Below, in pieces: positions 11,027 through 19,929 of a stretch of DNA of 64,000 nt. Origin of the DNA: Alphaproteobacteria bacterium (lineage in GTDB: Bacteria; Pseudomonadota; Alphaproteobacteria; UBA828). Where the stretch lies: the NCBI GenBank assembly GCA_965237415.1, contig CBDEFM010000002.1, forward strand, positions 3,040,001 to 3,104,000, written 5' to 3'. Each line of letters starts with the position of its first letter. The first letter of the stretch is position 1. The translations under genes were made by a program, and so were the position numbers. The notes below the pieces were generated by a model. The model was not told the DNA's origin. It worked only from the letters and a program-made list of their open reading frames with translations, and did no database searches.

Positions 11027-11056
11027 GCGCGCGGCCGCGACGGGCGTAAAGGATCG

Positions 11057-11740
11057 CTATACGGGCACCGGATCGATGATCACGTCGGCGCCGCTCTCGG
11101 TCTTGCCGCGCCATTGGGCGACCAGACGCATGCCCTCGGCCTTCTCGTCCGACGACATCTCCTTGACCACCGCTTCGAGGGCGGTGAGCGCGGTGCCAAT
11201 GCCGTGCCGGGCAGCGAGCGACAGCCACAGGAAGGCTTGAACGCGGTCCCTCTTCACGCCCTCGCCCGCCACGTACATGTGACCGAGGCGGGCCTGGGAG
11301 GGGTAGTGCCCCGTTTCCGCCGCCTTGCGATACCACTCGGCGGCGCGGGCGTGGTTCTGCGGCACGCCATTGCCCTGGCTGTAGAGCACGGCGAGGTTGA
11401 AGCGGGCATTGGCATCGCCGCCGCGCGCCGCGCGGCGCAGCCAGCGCACCGCCTCCGCCATGTCCTTGGCGACGCCATTGCCCATGGCGTACATCGCGCC
11501 GACATTGCTCTGGGCCAGCGCGTTCCTGCCCTCGGCCGACTTGAGGTACCAGGCGAACGCTGCCGCCGCATCGGCCTGAACGCCGTCGCCATTGGCGTAG
11601 AGCGAGCCGACCCAAGCCTGAGCCTCGGCATTGCCTGCGTCGGCCAGCGGCATCCATAACGCCCGCGCCCGGTCGAAGTCACGGGCCATGTAGGCGCGCC
11701 GCCCCTCCTCGATGGCGTCGTTCTCACGTCGCGCGCGCAC
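11057..11740 (-). CDS. Sel1-repeat (TPR-like) protein
   Basis: Repeated AQ..LG..Y..G.GV..D...A..W...AA units; start uncertain (GTG 11740). Confidence 0.85.
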   Translation of the reverse strand: MRARRENDAIEEGRRAYMARDFDRARALWMPLADAGNAEAQAWVGSLYANGDGVQADAAAAFAWYLKSAEGRNALAQSNVGAMYAMGNGVAKDMAEAVRWLRRAARGGDANARFNLAVLYSQGNGVPQNHARAAEWYRKAAETGHYPSQARLGHMYVAGEGVKRDRVQAFLWLSLAARHGIGTALTALEAVVKEMSSDEKAEGMRLVAQWRGKTESGADVIIDPVPV

Positions 11741-11783
11741 CGCCCGCGGACCGGCGGCACGGGGCGTCGCCCGGCGCCGTCCG

Positions 11784-12089
11784 CTACGGGACGGTCCGCT
11801 CGCTCTTCTTGTAGACATAGACGCAGTCCATATCTTCGTCGCCGTCGAGCACCGGCTCGCCGTCGGCCTTGAGCCGGCGCAGGAAGTAGTCCTGGACCGT
11901 TTGCGCGGCGTAGAAGGTGAGCGCCTGCTTGTAGAGCCAGGGATCGGCGGCCTCGTCCACCTTGTGAACGTCGAGAAGCGTCTTCTTAGGATCCGCCGCG
12001 ATCCCGACATAGTAGTCGCCGAACTCCCCGCCGAACTCCTTCATGTAGGCGAGGATCTCGTACTTGATCTGCTGGACGCTGAAGACCAT
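11784..12089 (-). CDS. Hypothetical protein in the DMFase operon
   Basis: 101 aa; start shares a base with the upstream stop (12089). Confidence 0.7.
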   Translation of the reverse strand: MVFSVQQIKYEILAYMKEFGGEFGDYYVGIAADPKKTLLDVHKVDEAADPWLYKQALTFYAAQTVQDYFLRRLKADGEPVLDGDEDMDCVYVYKKSERTVP

Positions 12090-13210
12090 CAGCGCGCGGC
12101 GGCGGCGTAGAGCGGGCCCGCCCAGTGGACCTCGTGGCGCTGCAGCACCCGCCCGATCACGTAGGTTTGGAGCAGATGGGCGGCGCGGTCCTCTTCGAGC
12201 GGGAGAGAATCGAGGCTCGTCTCCGGCCTGGACGGGGTTCCGAACCGCGCGAACTCGTCCTGGTGGGCCGCCGCCACACTGCCGGCCTCGTCCAACGCGG
12301 CACGCAACGCCTTGACGTGTGCGGACTCGATCGGCGGCGCGGCGCTGATTCTGACCCGGGCAAGAGTCTCCTCGAGAGCGGTGGGCTGCAGCACGATGCT
12401 CAAAATGTAGTCTTCCCCGCGTAACAGGATCAGGTTGGGCAAGAGCCAGAATACGGTCGCGGGTGCACCGGAAAAATCGGAGGCTGTGGTGAGCACGATT
12501 GCGTCGGTGCCCCTCTTCTTCGCGGGCTTGGCCTCAGGCGCAAGACGGCGAACGAGCGCGCGGCCGAGGAGCTTCCAGTTGCCCTCGTACTCCACCCGGA
12601 AACTCTTAGCGTCGTCCCACACCGCGGTCTCGTCGAGGGCGAGAGCCTCGGCGGCGCCATCGAGCCGGTCGCCGAGCGATTCGGCCTCGGGATCGAGATT
12701 GACGAAGAGGAACGGCCCCTGGCTCTCCACCTTCACCGGCAGCATGCGCTCGGGCCGGAAGCCGAGATACTGGCGCATGGTCGGCGTGTTGTCGCCAAGC
12801 TCGTCGGCGGCGATCGCCCCGCGATCGCGGCTATAACCGCAGGAGGTGAACGAGCACTTGGTCTTGGAGCCGGTCTGACATTGCGCCGGCACGAAGCGGC
12901 AGCCGCCGTGCTGCGCGAGATTGTAGCGCCCGATCAGCCCCTCTTCGTCGCGCTGCACGTGAACGCCGTGGTTGCCGACGGTATAGGGCAGAAGGTCGCC
13001 GACATTGGGAATTTCCAGATGGGAGCCGGTGCAAATCCAGCTCCGGGTCCAGATCTTCTCGTCCTCCAGGTCGGCGAAGACCTTCGAACGGTAGGCAATG
13101 GGCGTGAGGATGCGAGCCTTGCCGAAGCGCCCACGCGAGGGCTTGTAGAGGGCGGGACTCTGGAGATCGACGCCCTCATCCACATAGTCGAGATCGGGCC
13201 GCATCGTCAT
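12089..13210 (-). CDS. Ring-hydroxylating (Rieske) oxygenase alpha-subunit-like protein with atypical metal motifs
   Basis: AYRS...EDEKIWTRSW, IPNVGD, GPFLFVNLD and NWKL anchors; Rieske motif altered. Confidence 0.75.
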   Translation of the reverse strand: MTMRPDLDYVDEGVDLQSPALYKPSRGRFGKARILTPIAYRSKVFADLEDEKIWTRSWICTGSHLEIPNVGDLLPYTVGNHGVHVQRDEEGLIGRYNLAQHGGCRFVPAQCQTGSKTKCSFTSCGYSRDRGAIAADELGDNTPTMRQYLGFRPERMLPVKVESQGPFLFVNLDPEAESLGDRLDGAAEALALDETAVWDDAKSFRVEYEGNWKLLGRALVRRLAPEAKPAKKRGTDAIVLTTASDFSGAPATVFWLLPNLILLRGEDYILSIVLQPTALEETLARVRISAAPPIESAHVKALRAALDEAGSVAAAHQDEFARFGTPSRPETSLDSLPLEEDRAAHLLQTYVIGRVLQRHEVHWAGPLYAAAAR

Positions 13211-13238
13211 CGGGCTACGCCCTCGGCCGCGCCGGAAT

Positions 13239-13261
13239 GGGGCGGGTGCTTCACCCGCCCC
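13239..13261 (-). promoter_or_regulatory. Intergenic stem-loop after the DMFase large subunit
   Basis: Perfect 10-bp stem GGGGCGGGTG-CTT-CACCCGCCCC, no U-tract. Confidence 0.4.
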
Positions 13262-13282
13262 GTCCGTGCCTGCGGCGAACCG

Positions 13283-15688
13283 CTACTTCCGCTTCTTGTT
13301 GAGCGGCGGATCGTAATCGGCGCGGCCACGGTGCTGGATGGCTCTGCGCGGCGGCGGCGGCAGCGGCCCGTCCTGCGAGAAGCGGTCGAGCACGTTCTTC
13401 ACCAGCCGCGAGATGTTGTTCTTCTCGGGATCGCCGTTGTTCCACGGCAGCGATCCGCAGAAGGCGATCGAGCTAAAGGCGAAGCATGCACCGCCGTTGG
13501 GCGTCTCGTGATAGGCGATGTCCGAGCGCACGCGCGGGTGCTGGGTGCCGTCGAGGCCCTGCTGGTTGAAGCCGAAGTCCTCCATCACCAGCAGGTAACC
13601 CTCGGTGTGGCGTCCCGCCGAGGTCGCGGTGATCAGCGTGTGCGGGGGCGAGCCCAACAAGGTGTCGACGATGTCGAGCTCGGTGCCGGCCGCGCCGCCG
13701 CCGACCAGTCCGAAGTTGCCGATCTTCTCGTCGTAGCCGATGCCCTCGAAGGCCCACGAGACGCGCGGATCGTTACTCTCGGGCGTGCGCGAGTAGTAGC
13801 TGGAGATGTCGAAGCCTTCGGACGACATGCCGGTGCCGGCGACCGAATGCAGGTAGCGCCCGCGATAGCGCCACATGCCGCCGAGCTCGCCGGTCGACTG
13901 GTGATAGTACTCGCCGGGGTCGGCGCGCCAGGTCCTGATGCCGGATTCGCAGCGGCGCATCTCGGTGATGATGCCGCGGCCGAGATGGTCGTAGGCCGGA
14001 TGGTAGGAATGGATCCAGTAGAAGCCGTCCGCACCCATGTACATGAAGCGGCCGCCGCGCTGGGTGTAGTCGTGGATCGCGTCGAGCTGCGGCCCGGAAT
14101 TGTGTTCCGGATGGGAGCCCGTGATCACGACGTTGTAGTTCTCGAGCCGCGCGAGGCCGTCGTAGTTCACGTCCTCGTCGGTGATGACGTCGTACATGTA
14201 GCCCAGCTGGTTGAGCCAGTAGATCAGGTGCAGATCGGCCGGATACTGCCACGGCGCCTGCATCAGGAAGTGGTCGTATTGCGGCCGGATGCTGAGAATC
14301 GGCCGCAGCCGCGACGAGAGGCAGAGGCCGCTTCCGTCCGTATGGGTGTCGTAGATCGAGCCGCCGTACTCGCGGTGTTCGGCCAGGAACATGTTCTGGT
14401 GCTGCATGATCGGCACGCGGTAGACCAGCAGTTCCGCCCCGCCGGCGTTGTTGGCGAGATGCTCGTTGGCGTAGGCCATGTAGCTGATCGTCGGCATCAT
14501 CACCGCGATCTTGGCCTGCTCCTCGCCCGGGCGGGGTACGACGAAGAAGGGGATGTAGTCCTCGTCGCCTTCGTCCGTGGTGAGCTTCACGCAGTAAGAG
14601 TCGCTTTCGTAGTTCGCCGGGACGGTCCATTCGAAGTCGACCTCCCAGCGCGCATCGTCCACATCGTCGTCGTGGAAGTGGATCGCGCCATACTCCTGGG
14701 GCGCATGCTTCCAATCGAAGTTGTTCCCCGAGAAGTTGTGGCCGGTCATGGCCCGGGTCGGGCAGTTGACGATCTGCGCATCGAGCAGGTACGGCCCGTG
14801 GTCCTTGCCGACGATGGTGTTGATGCCGTCGGAGAAGTCCCAGGCGGCGACGATCGTCTCCGAAAGCGCTCCGGTGGGGCCGGAGTTGCGCCGCTCGGTC
14901 ATCCCGCGCTGGGCGCCGAGCTTCATGGTCTCGATCTCTTCGCGGCTTAGCGCGCGATTGCAGATCCGGGGGCTGTCGATCTTCCCGTTGTAGTGGCCGC
15001 TGATGACGATGCCCACAGGGACGGAAGACTGCGCCGTTGGATCGTCGCTGTGCGCGCCGGTATAGCCGGCGATGACTGCGGGGCTCCCGTCATGCCTGAC
15101 CGGCCCTGCGATCTTCTCCTTCGCGGGCCTGATCACGGGGTCGAGGGCGTAGACCACCTGCGGCTCGTGATAGAGGATCGCCTGACCCGAGTCGGCGTCG
15201 TAGCTCGCGGCGAGGAAGTGCCAGGCATGGTCGCGGAGCGGCGCACCGGTCGTGACCTTCTTGCCATTAATGCGAAGCTCGGCGCAGCCGTCCTCGTTGA
15301 TGAAGAGGCCGTAGCCCCTGTTCTTGTGCCACTTCGTGACGAGGCCCTGGGCGCCGTGCTTCCAGTATTTCGGATGGGTCTTCGGCGTCGTCGGCCAGAC
15401 CCAGCACTGCAGCGTGAAGCTCTGGACTCGAAGCTGTGAATTGTCCTCCACACAGCCGTAGGAGCCGCTGTGGATGACCTGACGGCGCCCCTTGTAGGTG
15501 CCGTTGAGCGCTGCCCGCCTCTTGCGCTCGATCAGGCCCGGCCCGCGCGGGTTGGTGTCGCCGTTGATCATCTTCACGAGCTGAGCGTCGTAGGACTTCG
15601 GCCCGTCGCAATTCACATGGAAGCGGATCGCATCGCCGGGATGGACGCCGAACTTGTCCGCATATCCCGTCAGTCTCATCCAAGCCAT
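13283..15688 (-). CDS. dmfA2: N,N-dimethylformamidase large (beta) subunit family protein
   Basis: GYADKFGVHPG, GDTNPRGPG, LamG-like domain, AIHFHDDD, PTISYMAYANEH, IYDTHTDGSG, TGSHPEH, GTELD. Confidence 0.92.
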   Translation of the reverse strand: MAWMRLTGYADKFGVHPGDAIRFHVNCDGPKSYDAQLVKMINGDTNPRGPGLIERKRRAALNGTYKGRRQVIHSGSYGCVEDNSQLRVQSFTLQCWVWPTTPKTHPKYWKHGAQGLVTKWHKNRGYGLFINEDGCAELRINGKKVTTGAPLRDHAWHFLAASYDADSGQAILYHEPQVVYALDPVIRPAKEKIAGPVRHDGSPAVIAGYTGAHSDDPTAQSSVPVGIVISGHYNGKIDSPRICNRALSREEIETMKLGAQRGMTERRNSGPTGALSETIVAAWDFSDGINTIVGKDHGPYLLDAQIVNCPTRAMTGHNFSGNNFDWKHAPQEYGAIHFHDDDVDDARWEVDFEWTVPANYESDSYCVKLTTDEGDEDYIPFFVVPRPGEEQAKIAVMMPTISYMAYANEHLANNAGGAELLVYRVPIMQHQNMFLAEHREYGGSIYDTHTDGSGLCLSSRLRPILSIRPQYDHFLMQAPWQYPADLHLIYWLNQLGYMYDVITDEDVNYDGLARLENYNVVITGSHPEHNSGPQLDAIHDYTQRGGRFMYMGADGFYWIHSYHPAYDHLGRGIITEMRRCESGIRTWRADPGEYYHQSTGELGGMWRYRGRYLHSVAGTGMSSEGFDISSYYSRTPESNDPRVSWAFEGIGYDEKIGNFGLVGGGAAGTELDIVDTLLGSPPHTLITATSAGRHTEGYLLVMEDFGFNQQGLDGTQHPRVRSDIAYHETPNGGACFAFSSIAFCGSLPWNNGDPEKNNISRLVKNVLDRFSQDGPLPPPPRRAIQHRGRADYDPPLNKKRK

Positions 15689-15785
15689 CGGGTGTTTCTC
15701 CTTAATCGCGCGGGCCTACGCAGCCGCTCGTGCGCCCTGATCGGTTACCGCGTGGAATCCCGGAATAGTCGCTCGGAACCGCGCC

Positions 15786-16226
15786 CTAGGACGCGGCCCA
15801 GTTGTCGTCCCGGCGCTTCCAGCCCTGATGGAAGTGCTCGGGGAAACCGTCGGTCTCCGAGAATTCGTCGAGCCGCATCAGGAAGATGTCGTGCTGGGGG
15901 TCTTGCTCGTTGTCGTACACCTGGCCGGAGACGAACTCCGGCGGCACGCCGCGGATGCCGGAGCAGCGGGCGATGCGCCACTCCTTCTCCACCTTGGTGC
16001 AGACCACCACGAGCTTGCCCTTCGCCGGCTGAGCCCGCATCCGCAGCAACACGCGGTTGAGCTCGAAGTCCTCGTGAATACCGCCGCTGACCTCGGTGGT
16101 GTCGCCCTGCGTCGCGCAACGCAGTATCGAGCAACCTGCGACGCCCTTCATGGACTCGATGCACGCCTTGTGCTCATCGATGAGACGATCCCGTTCGGGA
16201 CTGCCTTTCGGCGGAATACGGATCAT
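15786..16226 (-). CDS. dmfA1: N,N-dimethylformamidase small (alpha) subunit-like protein
   Basis: LIDEH...HEDFELNRVL...GKLVVVCT...EWRIAR..GIRG.PP...QHDIFLMRL pattern; directly upstream of the large subunit. Confidence 0.75.
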   Translation of the reverse strand: MIRIPPKGSPERDRLIDEHKACIESMKGVAGCSILRCATQGDTTEVSGGIHEDFELNRVLLRMRAQPAKGKLVVVCTKVEKEWRIARCSGIRGVPPEFVSGQVYDNEQDPQHDIFLMRLDEFSETDGFPEHFHQGWKRRDDNWAAS

Positions 16227-16267
16227 TCTGGGTCCCCCTCGCGTCTACTGCCTCGGCCCTCGTATGC

Positions 16268-16966
16268 CTAGATCGTCAGATGCTTGTCGACGACCTCGTC
16301 GGTCAATCCGTCGATGGGGCCGCCCTCGACGATCAGACCATTGTCCATGATGACGAATTCGTGCGCGAGCGCGCGCGCCACCCTGATGTGCTGCTCCGTC
16401 AGCACGAGCGTGAGCCCGACCTCGGTGTTGAGCCGCATGATCGTAGCCTCGATCTCCCGCACGATGTTGGGCTGGATGCCCTCAGTCGGCTCGTCCAGCA
16501 GCAGGATCTTCGGGTCGGTTGCGAGCGCGCGCGAGATCGCGAGCTGCTGCTGCTGGCCGCCCGACAACTGCCCCGCCCGCTTGTCCAGGTTCTCGGCGAG
16601 ATAGGGGAAGAGATCGAGGCACATGTCGGGAATCTTGCGGCGCTTGTCGTTGCGGGCGAAGGTGCCCAGCAGGATGTTCTCCCGCACCGAGAACTTGGGC
16701 AGGATGCCGCGCCCCTGCGGGATGTAGCCGACGCCGATCTCGGAGCGCCGGTAAGTCGGCATGTCGCTCGCGTCCTCGCCGGCGATTCGCAGCCCGCCGG
16801 TCATGCGCGTGGTCAGCCCCATGATGGTCCGCACCAGCGTCGTCTTGCCGACGCCGTTCCGCCCCAGCACGGCCATGCAATGGCCCTCGGCGACGCCGAG
16901 GCTCACGTTCTGCAGGATCGGCGTCTTGCCGTAGAAGGAGGTGACGCCTTCCAGCTCAAGCAGCAT
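16268..16966 (-). CDS. ABC transporter ATP-binding protein, UrtE/LivF-like
   Basis: GRNGVGKT, LSGGQQQQL, LLLDEPTEGIQP. Confidence 0.92.
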   Translation of the reverse strand: MLLELEGVTSFYGKTPILQNVSLGVAEGHCMAVLGRNGVGKTTLVRTIMGLTTRMTGGLRIAGEDASDMPTYRRSEIGVGYIPQGRGILPKFSVRENILLGTFARNDKRRKIPDMCLDLFPYLAENLDKRAGQLSGGQQQQLAISRALATDPKILLLDEPTEGIQPNIVREIEATIMRLNTEVGLTLVLTEQHIRVARALAHEFVIMDNGLIVEGGPIDGLTDEVVDKHLTI

Positions 16967-17711
16967 CGCTGATGCCCTCGGCGCCGAGATAGACTTCGCG
17001 CACGCTCGGATCGTGCTCCACCTCGTGCATGGGGCCCTCGGCGAGGGTCTTGCCCAGATGCATCAGGGTGATGATGTCGGCGATCTCGCGCACGAAGGCC
17101 ATGTCGTGCTCGACCACGACCAGCGTGTGCTCGCCCTTCAGCCGGTTGAAGATTTCCGAGGTCTTGCGGGTTTCCTGCTCGGTCATGCCGGCGGTGGGCT
17201 CGTCCATGAGCAGGAGCTTGGGGTCCTGGGTGAGCACCATGCCGATCTCGAGCCACTGGGTCTCGCCGTGGCTCAGATTGCCGCCGAGCTCGTCCAGCCG
17301 TTCCTCCAGCCCGACAAGCTCGACGATCTCGTTCAGGCGTTCGCGGCCCGCTCGCTGGCGGAAGGACAGCATGTTGACGAAGGGATTGGTGTTGCGGCTG
17401 TTGGCGACCTGCAGGTTCTCGCGCACGGTGAGGTCCCTGAACACCGCCGGCACCTGGAACTTGCGGCCGATGCCGTGCTTGGCGATGCGGTGCTCGGGCA
17501 GCCCGGTGATGTCGCGGCCGCGGAACACAACCTTGCCCGACGTGAGCTTCTGGCGCCCCGTGATCAAGTCCATCGTGGTCGTCTTGCCGGCGCCGTTGGG
17601 CCCGAGCAGGCAGCGTAACTCGCCCTCCTCCACCTGGAAGCTGAAGTCGTCGACGACCTTGTACTCGTCGTAGGCCTTGGTCACCCCCGTGACCTCGAGA
17701 ATCGTGCTCAC
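16956..17711 (-). CDS. ABC transporter ATP-binding protein, UrtD/LivG-like
   Basis: GPNGAGKT, GRKFQ, LSHGETQWLEIGM, DEPTAGM, VVEHDM. Confidence 0.92.
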   Translation of the reverse strand: MSTILEVTGVTKAYDEYKVVDDFSFQVEEGELRCLLGPNGAGKTTTMDLITGRQKLTSGKVVFRGRDITGLPEHRIAKHGIGRKFQVPAVFRDLTVRENLQVANSRNTNPFVNMLSFRQRAGRERLNEIVELVGLEERLDELGGNLSHGETQWLEIGMVLTQDPKLLLMDEPTAGMTEQETRKTSEIFNRLKGEHTLVVVEHDMAFVREIADIITLMHLGKTLAEGPMHEVEHDPSVREVYLGAEGISDAA

Positions 17712-17722
17712 GCCCCGGCCCC

Positions 17723-18865
17723 CTAGTCTGCCGCCCGCCGGGCGCCGAGGGTCGGCTGAACAGGCGCGCGGCCGCGGTAGGGAATGAGGCCGATGATCAT
17801 CTCAAACAGGCCGGCCAGCCCCTTCGGCAGGAAGCGGACCACGACGATGAAGATCGTGCCCAGGATCACGAACCAGGCGGCCTGGAACTCGTCGCCCACA
17901 TAGCTCTGGATCGCGTTGATGAAGATGGCGCCGAAAATCGCGCCGAAGAGCGAGAGCCTGCCGCCGACGGCGGCCCAGATCACCATCGTGATGCTGAAGA
18001 AGATCTCGAGCGAGGTCGGCGAGACGTACTGGACGATCATCACCCAGACGATGCCGGCGAGCGCCGCGATGACGCCTGAGATCGTGAACACGGTCACCTG
18101 ATAGGCGGCGACGTTGTAGCCGAGGAATCGCGCGCGCTCAGGATCGTCCCGGATGGCCTGGATGATGGTGCCGAACTTGCTCGCCAGCAGCGCCTTAGTG
18201 CCCAAGGTCAGGGCGGCGAGAGCCCCCAGCGCCACCCAGTAGATCATGCTGCTGTAGGGGTCGACATCGACGCCGAAGGCCTGGAACGCGCTGGGCGGCG
18301 AGATGCCGTTGAAGCCGGCGGTGAACGGCTGCATGTCGTAGGCCATGTTGTACCAGGCGCCGAGCATGGCCAGCGTCATGATGGCGACAAAGGCGCCGGC
18401 AAGGCGCGCCTGGAACATCAGGAAGCCGAAAATGATGAAGAAGATCGTCGGGATGCCGATCGCCAGGATCAGCCCGACCTCGGTATGCCAGAACGGCTCC
18501 CACACCGTCGGCAGCGCCTCGAGCTCGTTGGTCAGCATGAAGCTCGGGATCGGGTCGTACTCCGGATCCTGGTACTGCATCTGCATGGTCGCGCCCATGC
18601 CATAGGCCGCCATGCCGAAGGCGATCCCCTGGCCGAGGCTCAGGATGCCGCCGAAACCCCACACCAGGCTCACCGACAGCGCCAGCATGCCGAAGACGCC
18701 GTAGCGTGCGAACTGGTTGAGCGCGAAGGGGTCGTCGCCCAAGAACAGCGGGATGGTGGCGAGCCCGCCGAAGGCGACGACGTAGGCCAGCCACTGCGCG
18801 CGCTTGTCGTGATAGAGGTTCTGCCGGTGCCCGGTCTGTTCCAATCTCCACAGCATGACGCTCAC
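17723..18865 (-). CDS. ABC transporter permease, UrtC/LivM-like
   Basis: WGFGGILSLGQ, AIRDD..RARFLGY, WAAVGGR; many TM helices. Confidence 0.9.
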   Translation of the reverse strand: MSVMLWRLEQTGHRQNLYHDKRAQWLAYVVAFGGLATIPLFLGDDPFALNQFARYGVFGMLALSVSLVWGFGGILSLGQGIAFGMAAYGMGATMQMQYQDPEYDPIPSFMLTNELEALPTVWEPFWHTEVGLILAIGIPTIFFIIFGFLMFQARLAGAFVAIMTLAMLGAWYNMAYDMQPFTAGFNGISPPSAFQAFGVDVDPYSSMIYWVALGALAALTLGTKALLASKFGTIIQAIRDDPERARFLGYNVAAYQVTVFTISGVIAALAGIVWVMIVQYVSPTSLEIFFSITMVIWAAVGGRLSLFGAIFGAIFINAIQSYVGDEFQAAWFVILGTIFIVVVRFLPKGLAGLFEMIIGLIPYRGRAPVQPTLGARRAAD

Positions 18866-18872
18866 GCCGCCC

Positions 18873-19775
18873 CTAGCGCCGCGCCATGCTCGGCGCGAAG
18901 ATTCCCTGCGGCCGGAACCGGAGGAAGATCACGATCAGGATGAACAGCACGAAGCGGGCGAATGTGTCGTTGGTGAAGTACGAGAAGATCGAGAACATCT
19001 CACCCATGATGCCGGCGGTCGCCAGGCTCCCGAACAGCTCGCCGCCGCCCGTCACCACCACCAGGAACGCCTCGACCACGTAGCCGAGCCCCATGTCCGG
19101 GAAGATCGTCTTCAGGCCCGCAAACATGGAACCGGAAATACCCGCGAGGCCCGCACCATAGGCGAAGGTAAGGCCGTAGACGCGACTCGAATTGATGCCG
19201 AAGGATGCCGCCATCTGCGGGTTCTGCATGACCGCGCGAACCTGGATGCCGATATTGGTCTTGAACAAAATCGCCCAGGTCATGGCGACCAGCGCCAGCG
19301 ACGCGAAGAAGATGAAGATCCTGATCCACGGCACGTTCACGAAGTCGATGGTCATCACGCTGGTCAGCCAATCGGGCACGGCGACGTACTGCGGCTCGCC
19401 GCCGAAGATCAGTCGGATGCTCTGAACGAAGACTAACGATACGCCCCAGGTCGCGAGGAGCGTGTCCAATGGTCGGTCGTACAAATGTTGTATGAGGCCG
19501 CGTTCGACCAGCCAACCGATGACGCCGACGAGCACAAAGGAGATCGGCAGACACACGAGCCACGGGACCCCGCCCAAATACTGCAGCATCCAGGTGAAGT
19601 AGGCGCCGAGCATGATGAACTCGCCATGGGCCATGTTGATGACGCCCATGGTGCCGTAAATGATGGTCAGGCCGAGCGCCGCAACCAGCCAAATGCTGGC
19701 GAGGCTGAGCCCGATAATCAGCGCATTGATAAACGGTTCAGCGGCGAAGGGTGTCCAAAAATCATGGACGCTCAT
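18873..19775 (-). CDS. ABC transporter permease, UrtB/LivH-like
   Basis: ALGLTIIYGTMGVINMAHGEF, DRPLDTLLATWG, RPQGIF; ATG at 19775. Confidence 0.9.
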   Translation of the reverse strand: MSVHDFWTPFAAEPFINALIIGLSLASIWLVAALGLTIIYGTMGVINMAHGEFIMLGAYFTWMLQYLGGVPWLVCLPISFVLVGVIGWLVERGLIQHLYDRPLDTLLATWGVSLVFVQSIRLIFGGEPQYVAVPDWLTSVMTIDFVNVPWIRIFIFFASLALVAMTWAILFKTNIGIQVRAVMQNPQMAASFGINSSRVYGLTFAYGAGLAGISGSMFAGLKTIFPDMGLGYVVEAFLVVVTGGGELFGSLATAGIMGEMFSIFSYFTNDTFARFVLFILIVIFLRFRPQGIFAPSMARR

Positions 19776-19929
19776 GAATGAGTCCCGCTTCTCTCCCTGA
19801 TGCGGCTCGTCCGGCTCTGCACCACGGGTGCTTGCCCGAGAGGCCGGTCGTCTGCCGCGCCCCGCTGGGGAAGGGTGGGGCGGAAGACGTAACCCTCCGC
19901 CCCCGACCCTAGCAGATCGTACAGGTCTC

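Noticed and set aside
12881-14950. 689-aa plus-strand ORF
   Set aside because: Antisense shadow of the DMFase large subunit in GC-rich DNA
19877-19903. Terminator after the substrate-binding protein gene
   Set aside because: Stem present but no U-tract; more likely an mRNA-stabilising hairpin within the operon
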